A stretch of DNA of 64,000 nucleotides from Candidatus Eiseniibacteriota bacterium (GTDB lineage: Bacteria > Eisenbacteria > RBG-16-71-46 > JACRLI01), in the NCBI GenBank assembly GCA_025351485.1, contig JANXVU010000133.1, forward strand, positions 5,066 to 69,065, written 5' to 3'. Below, piece after piece: positions 33,750-42,622 of the stretch. The notes beneath the pieces were generated by a model that was given only the letters and a program-made list of their open reading frames with translations, ran no database searches and was not told where the DNA came from. Position numbers and translations under genes: made by a program. The number at the start of each line of letters is the position of its first letter. The first letter of the stretch is position 1.

Positions 33750-36154
33750 TCGCCCGAAACGTCGGACCGTTCTTCGCGCGCTCCGCCCAGGAGCGCGCCG
33801 GGGGAGCCCGCCAGGATTCGTTCCAGCAGGCTCCCCCGGGACTTTCCGACCCACAGCACGCGGTAGCCCGGCGCGAGCCCGGCCAGCCGGGCAGCCCCTT
33901 CCAGCGCCTCCGGGTACCCGCCCAGCTCGTCCACCAGCCCCAGCGCGCGCCCTTCCACGCCGAACCAGATCCGGCCCTGCGCGGCCGCCTTCAGCTTGTC
34001 CGGCGAAAGCCCCCGTCCGGCGGCCACCACCTCCAGGAACTGTGCGTAGGTTTCGTCCACCAGGTGCGAAAGGCGGGCCCGCTCCTCGCCGGTGAGCTCG
34101 CGGCCCCCGAAGGCCACGTCGCTGTGCTCGCCCTGCTTGAACACTTCCCGCTTCGCCCCCAGCTTCTCGTACAGGCCCGCAAACGTCGGCACCGACCATA
34201 CCACGCCGATGCTTCCGGTGACGGTCATGGAGTCCGCGTAGATCCGGTCGGCGGGCGCCGAAATCATGTAGCCCCCGGAGGCGGCCATGTCTCCCATGGA
34301 GACCACCACCTTGACCCCGCGCTCGCGCTTGACCCGCTCCACCGTTTCCCGGATGCGGTCGGAGCCCAGCGAGGAACCGCCACCCGTGTTGATGCGCAGC
34401 AGCACCGCTCGCACTCCGGGAAGCGAAGCGGCCCGCTCGATCCGCTCCGAGAGGCTGCGCGAGCCCAGCAGCTCGCCCCCGAAAATCGCGTCGTGCGAGT
34501 CGCTGCCGCTGACGATCCCTCCCTCGGCGGTGACCACGGCCACCGCGGGCGGGGCGCCCCAGCGCTCCTCGAGCCACGTCTCGCGAACCAGCGCGGGCGG
34601 CGGGCCGGCCTGCGCCCGGCCGCACGCCTTGCCCAGCTCCTCGCGGGCGGTCTCGACGAATCCCACCGCGTCCAACAACCCCTCGCGCCGCGCCTCGGTC
34701 GCGGTCAGCGCGCCGGTGTCCGCCAGCGCCCGCACCCGGGCCTCGGGGATACCACGCCCGCCGCTCAGCGCGCGGACCAGCTGGCCGTATTCCAGCTTCA
34801 CCAGCGAATCCAGTTCCGCGCGCTGCGCGGCACTGGAGGAATCCGTGTAGTAAGAGTGAAAGGTGCTCTTGTACTGCCCTTCTTCGGAGTGCTCCCAGCG
34901 GACGCCGGCCTTTTCAAACATGCCCCGCAGGCGGCGAACTTCCACGGCCACGCCCAATCCGATCACGCTGGAAAGCCGCGGAGCCACCACCCGGTCGCAC
35001 GCGCAGGCCAGGTACAGCTCCGAGGGGCCCAGCAGTTCGCCGGGAAGGTAGGCCACCACCGGCTTGCCGGCGCGGCGCAACCGGAACACTGCCCCGCGCA
35101 GCTCGTCGCCGGCAGCGGTGAGAGGGCCCAGAAGTCCCCCGCCGACGGAGCCGACGCGCAGCAGCACGCCGGTGACCGAGGGATCTTCCGCGGCCTGGCG
35201 CAGGCGTTCCACGGCATCCAGCAGCGAACTGCTCCGGGCGCCCAGGAGCGAGAAGCTCGACGCTTCGTCCGAGAAGGGTCCTTCGATGTCGATGGTCACC
35301 GGGCCGCGGGGCCGGAGCAGCGGCGCGTCCTTCAATCCTTCGGAGCGCACCGAAAGGGCCAGCGTCTTCATCGCGGTGCGCCCGCCTTCGACGGGGCGGA
35401 ACGTGCCCCGGACGTCGGTGTGCCGGGTCCGGAGCGTCAGGCCCACCTGGACCTCGGCCGGCTGGCCTGAGCGGTGGGGCTGATACGTGGCGGAGGCCTC
35501 CGCCCCGGCGCCCAGGATCGCCCGCGCGCCCACCCGCCACAGATCGGTGCGGTAGCCGCCCTCGTCCCATCGCAGGTCCGCGCCCACGGTCAGGCGAGGG
35601 CCCAGGGGCCGCAGCGCCACGCCATAAAGTTGGTGGCGGGTTCCCAGCTCGTCACTTCCGAACGCGTTCACCAGAGCCCACGAGAGCGAGATGGCCCCCG
35701 CGGGGCGGGCGAATAATCCCAGGTCCGCGCCCTTTCCGCGGCCGGCGCCGAACAGGCGCTCGTGCCGAAAGCGCAGGGCGTACCCACCGCCGAAGAGCGA
35801 AGTGCCGAACGAACTGCCCAGCCGAAGCTCGCTCACCGGGACCAGAGGCGAGACATCGACCCGGAGTCCGGCGTGCAGCGACTTTCCGCCCACGTCCGCC
35901 TGGTAGCCTGTGAAACGCGCGGCATGCCAGGTGGCCGAGATGTCCAGCCCGCCGGAAGTGCCGACGCCCAGGAGCGCCGGATTGGCGAAGAGCGCCCGCG
36001 GTCCGTCCAGATCGGCCGACAGAGTGGACGGCGCGACTTCGGGCGCCAGGCTCTGTGCACGGCCAGCAACTGCCAGTCCAAGCAAAAGGCCCGCGGCAAG
36101 TGCGAGCCCGCGGGCCTGGGTGGATGCGTGCAGGGAGCGGAGTCCGGAGATCAC
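33746..36154 (-). CDS. sppA: Signal peptide peptidase SppA (67K type, two S49 domains) with ~260-aa N-terminal beta-rich extension
   Basis: GTG at 36154, 3 nt after the ychF stop. Signal peptide ISGLRSLHASTQARGLALAAGLLLGLAVAGRAQS. The N-domain Lys context is EEGQYKSTF and the C-domain catalytic Ser context is VVVSMGDMAASGGYMIS. Confidence 0.85.
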   Translation of the reverse strand: MISGLRSLHASTQARGLALAAGLLLGLAVAGRAQSLAPEVAPSTLSADLDGPRALFANPALLGVGTSGGLDISATWHAARFTGYQADVGGKSLHAGLRVDVSPLVPVSELRLGSSFGTSLFGGGYALRFRHERLFGAGRGKGADLGLFARPAGAISLSWALVNAFGSDELGTRHQLYGVALRPLGPRLTVGADLRWDEGGYRTDLWRVGARAILGAGAEASATYQPHRSGQPAEVQVGLTLRTRHTDVRGTFRPVEGGRTAMKTLALSVRSEGLKDAPLLRPRGPVTIDIEGPFSDEASSFSLLGARSSSLLDAVERLRQAAEDPSVTGVLLRVGSVGGGLLGPLTAAGDELRGAVFRLRRAGKPVVAYLPGELLGPSELYLACACDRVVAPRLSSVIGLGVAVEVRRLRGMFEKAGVRWEHSEEGQYKSTFHSYYTDSSSAAQRAELDSLVKLEYGQLVRALSGGRGIPEARVRALADTGALTATEARREGLLDAVGFVETAREELGKACGRAQAGPPPALVRETWLEERWGAPPAVAVVTAEGGIVSGSDSHDAIFGGELLGSRSLSERIERAASLPGVRAVLLRINTGGGSSLGSDRIRETVERVKRERGVKVVVSMGDMAASGGYMISAPADRIYADSMTVTGSIGVVWSVPTFAGLYEKLGAKREVFKQGEHSDVAFGGRELTGEERARLSHLVDETYAQFLEVVAAGRGLSPDKLKAAAQGRIWFGVEGRALGLVDELGGYPEALEGAARLAGLAPGYRVLWVGKSRGSLLERILAGSPGALLGGAREERSDVSGD

Positions 36155-36156
36155 GG

Positions 36157-37197
36157 CTACACCGAGAATCGGATGTTCAGGATGTCCCCGTCCTGCACGG
36201 CGTATTCCTTTCCTTCCAGTCGGAGCCAGCCCTTGTCGCGGGCCTTGGCCAGCGTCTGCGCCTCCAGCATCTGGGCGTACGAGATCACCTCCGCGCGGAT
36301 GAAGCCGCGCGCCAGGTCGCTGTGGATGGCGCCGGCGGCTTCGATCGCGTTGCCGCCCTTGCGCATGGTCCAGGCGCGAACCTCGTCCTTGCCCACGGTG
36401 AAGAACGACTGCAGGCCCAGCAAGTCGTAGGAGGCGCGGATCAGGCGGTCGCGCGCGGGCTCGGTGAGACCCATCATTTCCAGGAAAGCCGGGCGCTCCT
36501 CGGGCGGGAGCGCCACGATCTCCGCCTCCACCTTGGCGCACATGGAAAGGGCCGAGGCGCCCTCGCCGGGCTCCAGTTCATGCGCCAGCTTCTCCCCCGC
36601 GGCTACGTGGTCTTCGGCCACGTTGAGCACCACCAGTAGCGGCTTGCGGGTGAGCAACTGGTATCCCTTGAGCAGCCGGTCCTCTTCGACATCGAAGTCC
36701 AGGGCGCGCAGCGGCTGCTCGGCGTTGAGCGCGGCCACGCACTTGTCCAGGAGCGCGGGCTCGCGCGGGCTCTCGGCCTTCTTGCCCACGCGCAGCGCCT
36801 TCTGAACCTTTTCCTGGCGGGATTCCAGCAGCACCTGGTCGGACAGCACCAGCTCCATGAGCAGGTCGGCCAGTTCGGTCTTCGCGGCCGCGGCAAGCCC
36901 GGCCGGATCGGTGACCGGATACAGGCCCAGCACCGCCACCAGAGCGTCGGCCGTGCGCAGCGCCTCGGGCACCTCCGCGTTGGATCCCTTCTTGCGGGCC
37001 TCCGCCTCGGCGTACTCCACCCTCGCCCGGACCAGGCTGTCCGGCTCGAACATGGCGTTCAGGACGTCCACGCGCTCATCTGGCACCTGGGCGACGCCAA
37101 TCTGGCGGCCGCCCGCGGCGGACGACTCCTTTTCCGCGAGGATTCGAAACAGGCTGGTCTTTCCGGACTGGGACTTACCGATGATTCCTAGGCGCAT
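36157..37197 (-). CDS. ychF: YchF-like (OLA1 family) P-loop ATPase/GTPase, divergent G1 motif
   Basis: MRLGIIGKSQSGKTSLF (G1), LLVVLNVAED (the YchF-type NxxE in place of NKxD), and the C-terminal FFTVGKDEVRAWTMRKGGNAIEAAGAIHSDLARGFIRAEV. Confidence 0.8.
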   Translation of the reverse strand: MRLGIIGKSQSGKTSLFRILAEKESSAAGGRQIGVAQVPDERVDVLNAMFEPDSLVRARVEYAEAEARKKGSNAEVPEALRTADALVAVLGLYPVTDPAGLAAAAKTELADLLMELVLSDQVLLESRQEKVQKALRVGKKAESPREPALLDKCVAALNAEQPLRALDFDVEEDRLLKGYQLLTRKPLLVVLNVAEDHVAAGEKLAHELEPGEGASALSMCAKVEAEIVALPPEERPAFLEMMGLTEPARDRLIRASYDLLGLQSFFTVGKDEVRAWTMRKGGNAIEAAGAIHSDLARGFIRAEVISYAQMLEAQTLAKARDKGWLRLEGKEYAVQDGDILNIRFSV

Positions 37198-37247
37198 GGG
37201 TGCGCGTACCCTCCCTCGGGATGGGCGGTTCGGACTTGGAAAGAGTT

Positions 37248-37285
37248 CACGGGCCGCGCTCCCGAAGACGGAGGCGCGGCCCGTG
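37248..37285 (-). promoter_or_regulatory. 12-bp perfect stem hairpin in the ychF upstream region
   Basis: CACGGGCCGCGC-14 nt loop-GCGCGGCCCGTG, about 50 nt upstream of the ychF ATG. It is either a second terminator of the upstream operon or a 5' leader structure. Confidence 0.3.
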
Positions 37286-37321
37286 GAAAGTAGCGGATTT
37301 TGGCAATGGACGCCAGCGGCG

Positions 37322-37361
37322 GCCGGAAAAGCAAAACGGCCCGGGAATATTCCCGGGCCGC
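37322..37361 (-). terminator. Intrinsic terminator after the HDOD-GAF operon
   Basis: Perfect 22-nt palindrome GGCCCGGGAATATTCCCGGGCC (37338-37359), followed on the minus strand by GTTTTGCTTTT, 25 nt after the GAF gene stop. Confidence 0.8.
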
Positions 37362-37384
37362 TTCACCGCGCCGGCCGCCCGGTT

Positions 37385-38419
37385 TCAGGCGGCGTGCTTC
37401 TTTGGCTCGGGAATCAACACCGGCCAACCGGTGCGACCCGCGTCATCCAGGTAGGTGTCGTAGTCGGCGGCAAAGGACTCGGCCAGGGCCAGCGCCGAGG
37501 ACAGGGTGATGCCACCGTCGCCCTCGTGGACCGCGACCACCGCGCGCAGGTTGCGGACCACCTGGTGCAGCCGCTCCGACTTGGGCATCGGCTCCAGGTC
37601 CGAGGCCACGCCGCCAACGTGGAGCCTTTCCAGCAGGCCGTGCCAGGCGGCGCGGGTCCGCCGGATCTCCTCGGACTTTTCTTCGATCTCGCGCGAGCGG
37701 GCCTCGATCACCTCGGAAAGACTTTCGCTGAAGCTCGACAGCCGCCCAAAGAGCTCCGAGCCGGCCGGCCCCTGGGCAATCTGGCTTGCGGCCATGGACA
37801 GGATGCGCACGCGCTCGGTAGGAAACGCGAAGCGTTCCATCGAACCCAGCCACATCACACCCACGATCCGCCCGGAGCACAGCAGCGGGAACAGACAGAA
37901 CGACCCGCGGCACAGGAACGATTCGGCCTCGTGGCAGCGGGCCTCGACCTGGGCGTCGTGCACCACCAGCGCCTCGCGGCGGGTGGCGGTGAGGCCGATC
38001 AGTCCAACGCCCATCTCCGCCGATTCGCAGGCGCTCTCCGAAGGGGCGCCCCCGAGCTCTCCACGGCCGATCCCGGCGCACCAGTGCAGCTCCTCGCTGT
38101 CGGCGATCCAGATGGCGGCGTCCTCCACCTCCTGCTCCTCGGCCAGCACCCGGAGGACCGCGCCCTCGAGTTCCTTGCTCTCGAACGTTTCGGCCAGCAC
38201 CAGCGACAGGCAGCGGAGCAGCGACAGCTCCTGCACGCGGCCCTCCAGCTCGGTGGAGGCGCGCTCCATCGTGCGAATGAGCGTCTCGCGCTCCTGGGCG
38301 GCCGAGGCCAACATGCTCTCGAGCGCGCGCAGTGCGCCCTCGCGCGCGCCGTGGCCCGGCGGGCCCTGCGGCGCCTCGCGTAGAATTTCCAGGTAGCGCT
38401 TCGCTTCGGTAGGGATCAT
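37385..38419 (-). CDS. GAF-domain signalling protein flanked by coiled coils, no recognisable output domain
   Basis: ATG at 38419, 1 nt after the HDOD stop. The central region LRVLAEEQEVEDAAIWIADSEE..GLIGLTATRREALVVHDAQ..CLFPLLCSGRIVGVMWL looks like GAF. The flanking E/R/L-rich heptad segments look like coiled coil. Confidence 0.6.
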   Translation of the reverse strand: MIPTEAKRYLEILREAPQGPPGHGAREGALRALESMLASAAQERETLIRTMERASTELEGRVQELSLLRCLSLVLAETFESKELEGAVLRVLAEEQEVEDAAIWIADSEELHWCAGIGRGELGGAPSESACESAEMGVGLIGLTATRREALVVHDAQVEARCHEAESFLCRGSFCLFPLLCSGRIVGVMWLGSMERFAFPTERVRILSMAASQIAQGPAGSELFGRLSSFSESLSEVIEARSREIEEKSEEIRRTRAAWHGLLERLHVGGVASDLEPMPKSERLHQVVRNLRAVVAVHEGDGGITLSSALALAESFAADYDTYLDDAGRTGWPVLIPEPKKHAA

Positions 38420-38420
38420 T

Positions 38421-39275
38421 TCAGAAGGCCGCCATGGGGCCGGAATTGCGAATCCGGTCACCGATTCGGGTCCGAATCATTTCCACGCTCGCCTCGTCGC
38501 CGCCGAGCTCCGCGAGCCACTCGGGGCGCAAGGGGGACCGGTCCGCTTCGAGCGACGCGGGATCTTCCTCCGGGAGCAACGCCTCCCCCAGGGCCACCGC
38601 GGTGACCAGGCGCCGCCGCTCTCCCGCCAGCTCCGGGCGGTGGTGGCAGGCGATGATGTCGATCAGCTCCTCCGAGAACTTCCACTTCTGCCCCAGCCAC
38701 TTGCCCGCCGTGGCGTGGTCCACGCCCAGCGCCGCCTCCTCGGCATCCACCGCGTTCATCCCGGGGTCGGCCCCATCGAAGGCGCGGCGATACTCGGCGC
38801 CGATCACCGTGACCAGGGCCAGCTTGCCCACGTCGTGCAGGACGCCGCCGCAGAAGGCGACTTCCGGCTTCACGCCCCCCATGGCCAGCGCCACCTGCTC
38901 GGCGGCGATGCCGGTGCTCACGCTGTGCCGCCAGAAGCGGGTCATGTCAAAGTCCTTGCCCAGGGATTGGAAGGCGTCCACGACGCTTGCGCCGATGGCC
39001 ATCGACTTGACCACTTCGAAGCCCAGGACGACCACGGCCTCGCGGACGTCGGAAACCGGGCGATTGAGTCCGAAATAGGCGCTGTTGGCCATTCGAATCA
39101 GGCGGGCAGTGAGGCCCGGATCGGTCGATACCGCGTCGGAGAGCCGTGCGGCGGAGCAACTGGGATTGCGCACCGCCCTCCAGATTTCCTGGAGGGCGCC
39201 GGGCATCGAGGGCAGGCCCTCCAGCCGGCGCACGCGCCGCTGCAGGTCTTCTCGGCTTGAAACGCCAGGTGCCAC
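38421..39275 (-). CDS. HDOD domain protein
   Basis: GTG at 39275 with GAGGGAG upstream. LPSMPGALQEIWRAV, LIRMANSAYFG, GGVLHDVGKLAL, DHATAGKWLGQKWKFSE, CHHRPE. Confidence 0.85.
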   Translation of the reverse strand: MAPGVSSREDLQRRVRRLEGLPSMPGALQEIWRAVRNPSCSAARLSDAVSTDPGLTARLIRMANSAYFGLNRPVSDVREAVVVLGFEVVKSMAIGASVVDAFQSLGKDFDMTRFWRHSVSTGIAAEQVALAMGGVKPEVAFCGGVLHDVGKLALVTVIGAEYRRAFDGADPGMNAVDAEEAALGVDHATAGKWLGQKWKFSEELIDIIACHHRPELAGERRRLVTAVALGEALLPEEDPASLEADRSPLRPEWLAELGGDEASVEMIRTRIGDRIRNSGPMAAF

Positions 39276-39442
39276 GTCAGCTCCCTCGGGGAATGGGCCC
39301 GACCGGGAAAGAAGATGCCGGGATCAAGAGTCGGGCGGAGGCTGGAGCGGAAGCTGCCAGGGCCCAGGCATGCCGGGGTTATCGGCACGCTTCCGGGGGG
39401 TCTTGAGGGGGGAATCAGGCTTTGGGGAAGCCGAAAGCAGGC

Positions 39443-40831
39443 CTACAACTGGATCTTCTGGCCGCGGGCCGGAGCTTCGACGTTCGTGAATCCGGCCTCG
39501 CGCAGCTTGGCCTGGAGCGCCGCCTGGGCGGCGGGCTCCCCGTGCACCAAATAGATGCGGTCCGGCTTCACCTGGCCCGCGAGTCGCAGCAGGTCCGCCT
39601 GGTCTCCGTGGGCGCTGAAGGCGTTCATGACCACCACCTCGGCGCGCAGCGGAACGGATTCGCCGTAAATGCGCACTTCCGGGCGCTTTTCCACGATCCG
39701 CCGGCCGAGCGTGTTCTCGGCCATGAAGCCCACGACCAGCACCATGTTGGCCGGATCGGAAATGGTGTTGGCCAGGTGATGCAGCACGCGGCCGCCCTCG
39801 GCCATCCCGGAAGCCGACACGATCACCATGGGGCCGGGCATATTGTTGAGCTTCTTGGAGTCCTCGACGTTCCGGATGGTGTGCAACTCCGAAAAGCCGA
39901 GCGGATCCGGGTGCACCAGCAGGTGCTCGTTCATGTCCTTGTCGAAGCACTCGGGGTGCCGGCGGAAGATGTCGGTGACGTTGGCGCTCAGCGGGCTGTC
40001 CACGTACACCGGGATGCGCGGCATTTTTCCCCGGTCCACCAGCTTGTGCATCGAATAGAGGAGTTCCTGGGTTCGCCCCAGGGAAAACGCGGGAATCACC
40101 ACCTTGCCCTTGCGGGCGGCGGCGCGGGAAAGATGGGCGGCCAGTTCGTCCTCGGCGTCCACGAGGGGCTGGTGCAATCGGTCGCCGTAGGTGGACTCCA
40201 GTACCATCACGTCGGCGTGCGGCGGGGGCTCGGGATCGCGCAGGATGGGCATGCCGGAACGGCCCAGGTCGCACGCGTAGACCACGCTGCGCTTTACCCC
40301 GCCCTCCTCGATCTCCAGGCGGGTCAGGGCGGATCCCAGGATGTGGCCGGCGTCGTAGAACGTGGCGTAGACGCCATCGTGGACCTGGAACGGGCGGTGA
40401 TAGTCATGGGTCACCGCCTGGGCGACGATCCGCTGGGCGTCCTCGGTGGTGTAGAGCGGCTCGATCAGGGGGCCTTTGTGCCCCCGGCGGCGCAGGTAGT
40501 CGGCGTCCTTCTCCTGCAACATGGCGCTGTCCTGAAGCATGATGGCGCACAGGTCGCGGGTAGCCGACGTGCAATGCACATCGCCCGCGTACCCGCCCCC
40601 GGCCAGCGAAGGCAGGTTGCCGGAATGGTCCGTGTGGGCGTGGCCCAGCACCACCGCATCCAGGGATTTCGGGTCGTAGGGGAGCTGCTGGTTCTTGGCC
40701 CGGGACTCCTCGCGGCGTCCCTGGAAGAGGCCGCAATCCATCACGACCCGAGCCCCGGAGGTCTCGATCAAGTGGTTTGATCCCGTCACTTCGCGCGCCG
40801 CTCCCCAGAAGGTCCATTGCATGAGGCCCAT
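39443..40831 (-). CDS. MBL-fold beta-CASP family RNA-metabolising hydrolase
   Basis: VVLGHAHTDHSGNLP (HxHxDH), DAGHILGSA, LESTYGDR, FSLGRTQELL, FSAHGDQADL, VHGEP. ATG at 40831, or at 40822. Confidence 0.88.
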   Translation of the reverse strand: MGLMQWTFWGAAREVTGSNHLIETSGARVVMDCGLFQGRREESRAKNQQLPYDPKSLDAVVLGHAHTDHSGNLPSLAGGGYAGDVHCTSATRDLCAIMLQDSAMLQEKDADYLRRRGHKGPLIEPLYTTEDAQRIVAQAVTHDYHRPFQVHDGVYATFYDAGHILGSALTRLEIEEGGVKRSVVYACDLGRSGMPILRDPEPPPHADVMVLESTYGDRLHQPLVDAEDELAAHLSRAAARKGKVVIPAFSLGRTQELLYSMHKLVDRGKMPRIPVYVDSPLSANVTDIFRRHPECFDKDMNEHLLVHPDPLGFSELHTIRNVEDSKKLNNMPGPMVIVSASGMAEGGRVLHHLANTISDPANMVLVVGFMAENTLGRRIVEKRPEVRIYGESVPLRAEVVVMNAFSAHGDQADLLRLAGQVKPDRIYLVHGEPAAQAALQAKLREAGFTNVEAPARGQKIQL

Positions 40832-40939
40832 TGTAGCCGCCCATCCCGCCGCCCGCAATGACCGTTGAGAGTGCAGGGGCCGATCCCCTAGAATGTCGGA
40901 ATTGTGCCTGCCTCGATCCCGGTCCCTTGGAGAATACCG

Positions 40940-42622
40940 ATGAAGCATTTTGCGGCCGCCGGCGCCTGCGCGCTGGCCATAAGTTTGACTTCCCCCGCCT
41001 TCGCGGCCCCGCGCCCATCCCCGGCCCTTCCTTCCTGGCTCGCGCCGGTGCTCCGGGCGCTGCCGGAGATGGCCACCGAGGCGGGCGTGGACGCCGCCGC
41101 TTCCGATCTGGACGACCTTTCCGACGCGGGCCGCACGAAGCAGAAGGCCGCGCTCGACCGGGCCATCCGTGCCCGGTCCGGCTCGTCGCCCGACGCGCGG
41201 CTCGCGCGCGCCAGGCTGGCGCGCGAACGCATCCTGATCCACGAGCTCGATCCGCGCGAGCGCCGTCCGGGGGCCTACCTTCCCGCGGGCGCGCTGGTGC
41301 AGACGTTGAATCTTCCCGGGCTACGCCTGGAAGAGCAGTTGGAGCGCACCGCCGACCGGCTCGAAAAATCCTCCGGGCGCATGCTGACCGGGATGTACCG
41401 CCCGATGGTCAGCATGCCCTCGCGCTACATGGTGATCGACGGCAACCGCGAGACGGCCAATTGCCGCCGCGTGATCGAGCGCGTGAAGACCCTGTGCGAC
41501 ACGTTGCCCATGAGTCCCAGGCTTCGCGCCCGCATCCAGAAGTCCTCGGCGGAAGCGTCGGCCACCTTGGAACGCTTCGCGGACTTCCTGGTGCACGACG
41601 TTCAGCCGAAGTCCACGGGCGACGCCCGGCCGGGGGCTGAACTCTTTGCGCGGCTCCTTCGCGAAGGCTACGGGATCGAAGACTCCGCATCGGTGTGGGA
41701 AGTCGCCCTGCTGGAAGCGTCCCAGCGGGCGCGAATGGAAATGGACAGCCTGGCGGCATCGATCGATCCCCGGACCACCGGGCTCCAGATGGTCAACATC
41801 CTGCGGGGCACCCATCCGACGGCCGAGGACCTGGTGCCCAGCGTGAGGGGAGTGCTGCGGAGCGCCGAGGTCTACTTCCGGCGCCGCTGGCCGGGGCTGC
41901 CGGTGGAATCTCTCGAGTTGCTCCCCCTTGGTTTCGGGGGGCGCGTGGAAGGACAGGCAGCCTCCTACACCCGGCCGCGACCGCTGCGCGCCGCCACGGA
42001 CCGGGCCCTCTTCGGGATCGCGCTGATCGACGTAAACTTTCCGGGAGAGGTGCAGGAGGCGTTCCTGTCGCAGTCGTCCTTCTACTTCGACTCGGTCCTG
42101 GCCGCTCGCAACGACGTGCCCGGGGAAACGCTGCTGTGGAGCCTGCACCGCAACGACCCTCCCGCGAGACTGTGGTCCGCGGGGAACACGCCGTTCCGCG
42201 CCTGGGGCTACTTCGGCCAGCAACTGGCCTCTTCCTCGGGCCAGTTCACCTCGCGCGAGACGCGGTTGTTCGAGTCGTGGACTCGGCTGCTGGTGCTGGC
42301 GCGCGGGCTCGAGGACCTGCGCCTGGGCCGGCGCATGATGGGACCGCAGGAAGCTCCGACCGACCTCAGCAACCTGACCGGCGTGGACCGCCGGGAATGC
42401 GAGGGCGACGTGGCGAAGATCCTGGAGCAGCCGGGCCGGGAAGCGGCCACGGCCATCCAGGTGCTGGCGCTGCAGAAGCATTGGAAGGCCCTGCGAGACC
42501 GCGGAGTCCCGGAGGCGCAGGCGCTGCGCCGGCTTGCGGGCGTCGCCCTTTATCCCCCGTCGGTGCAGGCCCGCGAACTGGGACTCGCCGCCGCCACCGC
42601 CCGCCCACGGAGCTCAAGATGA
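40940..42622 (+). CDS. Secreted DUF885-like protein
   Basis: Signal peptide MKHFAAAGACALAISLTSPAFA. About 560 aa and Arg/Leu-rich helical. The family call (DUF885) is tentative and comes from overall resemblance only. Confidence 0.5.
   Translation: MKHFAAAGACALAISLTSPAFAAPRPSPALPSWLAPVLRALPEMATEAGVDAAASDLDDLSDAGRTKQKAALDRAIRARSGSSPDARLARARLARERILIHELDPRERRPGAYLPAGALVQTLNLPGLRLEEQLERTADRLEKSSGRMLTGMYRPMVSMPSRYMVIDGNRETANCRRVIERVKTLCDTLPMSPRLRARIQKSSAEASATLERFADFLVHDVQPKSTGDARPGAELFARLLREGYGIEDSASVWEVALLEASQRARMEMDSLAASIDPRTTGLQMVNILRGTHPTAEDLVPSVRGVLRSAEVYFRRRWPGLPVESLELLPLGFGGRVEGQAASYTRPRPLRAATDRALFGIALIDVNFPGEVQEAFLSQSSFYFDSVLAARNDVPGETLLWSLHRNDPPARLWSAGNTPFRAWGYFGQQLASSSGQFTSRETRLFESWTRLLVLARGLEDLRLGRRMMGPQEAPTDLSNLTGVDRRECEGDVAKILEQPGREAATAIQVLALQKHWKALRDRGVPEAQALRRLAGVALYPPSVQARELGLAAATARPRSSR

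Noticed and set aside
32666-35470. 934-aa plus-strand ORF
   Set aside because: It spans the sigma factor gene, the real small plus-strand gene (in another frame) and the sppA gene. It is a shadow ORF.
37338-37359. Perfect 22-nt palindrome GGCCCGGGAATATTCCCGGGCC as a protein operator
   Set aside because: It sits just after a stop codon and is followed by a T-rich run on the coding strand, which fits an intrinsic terminator better.
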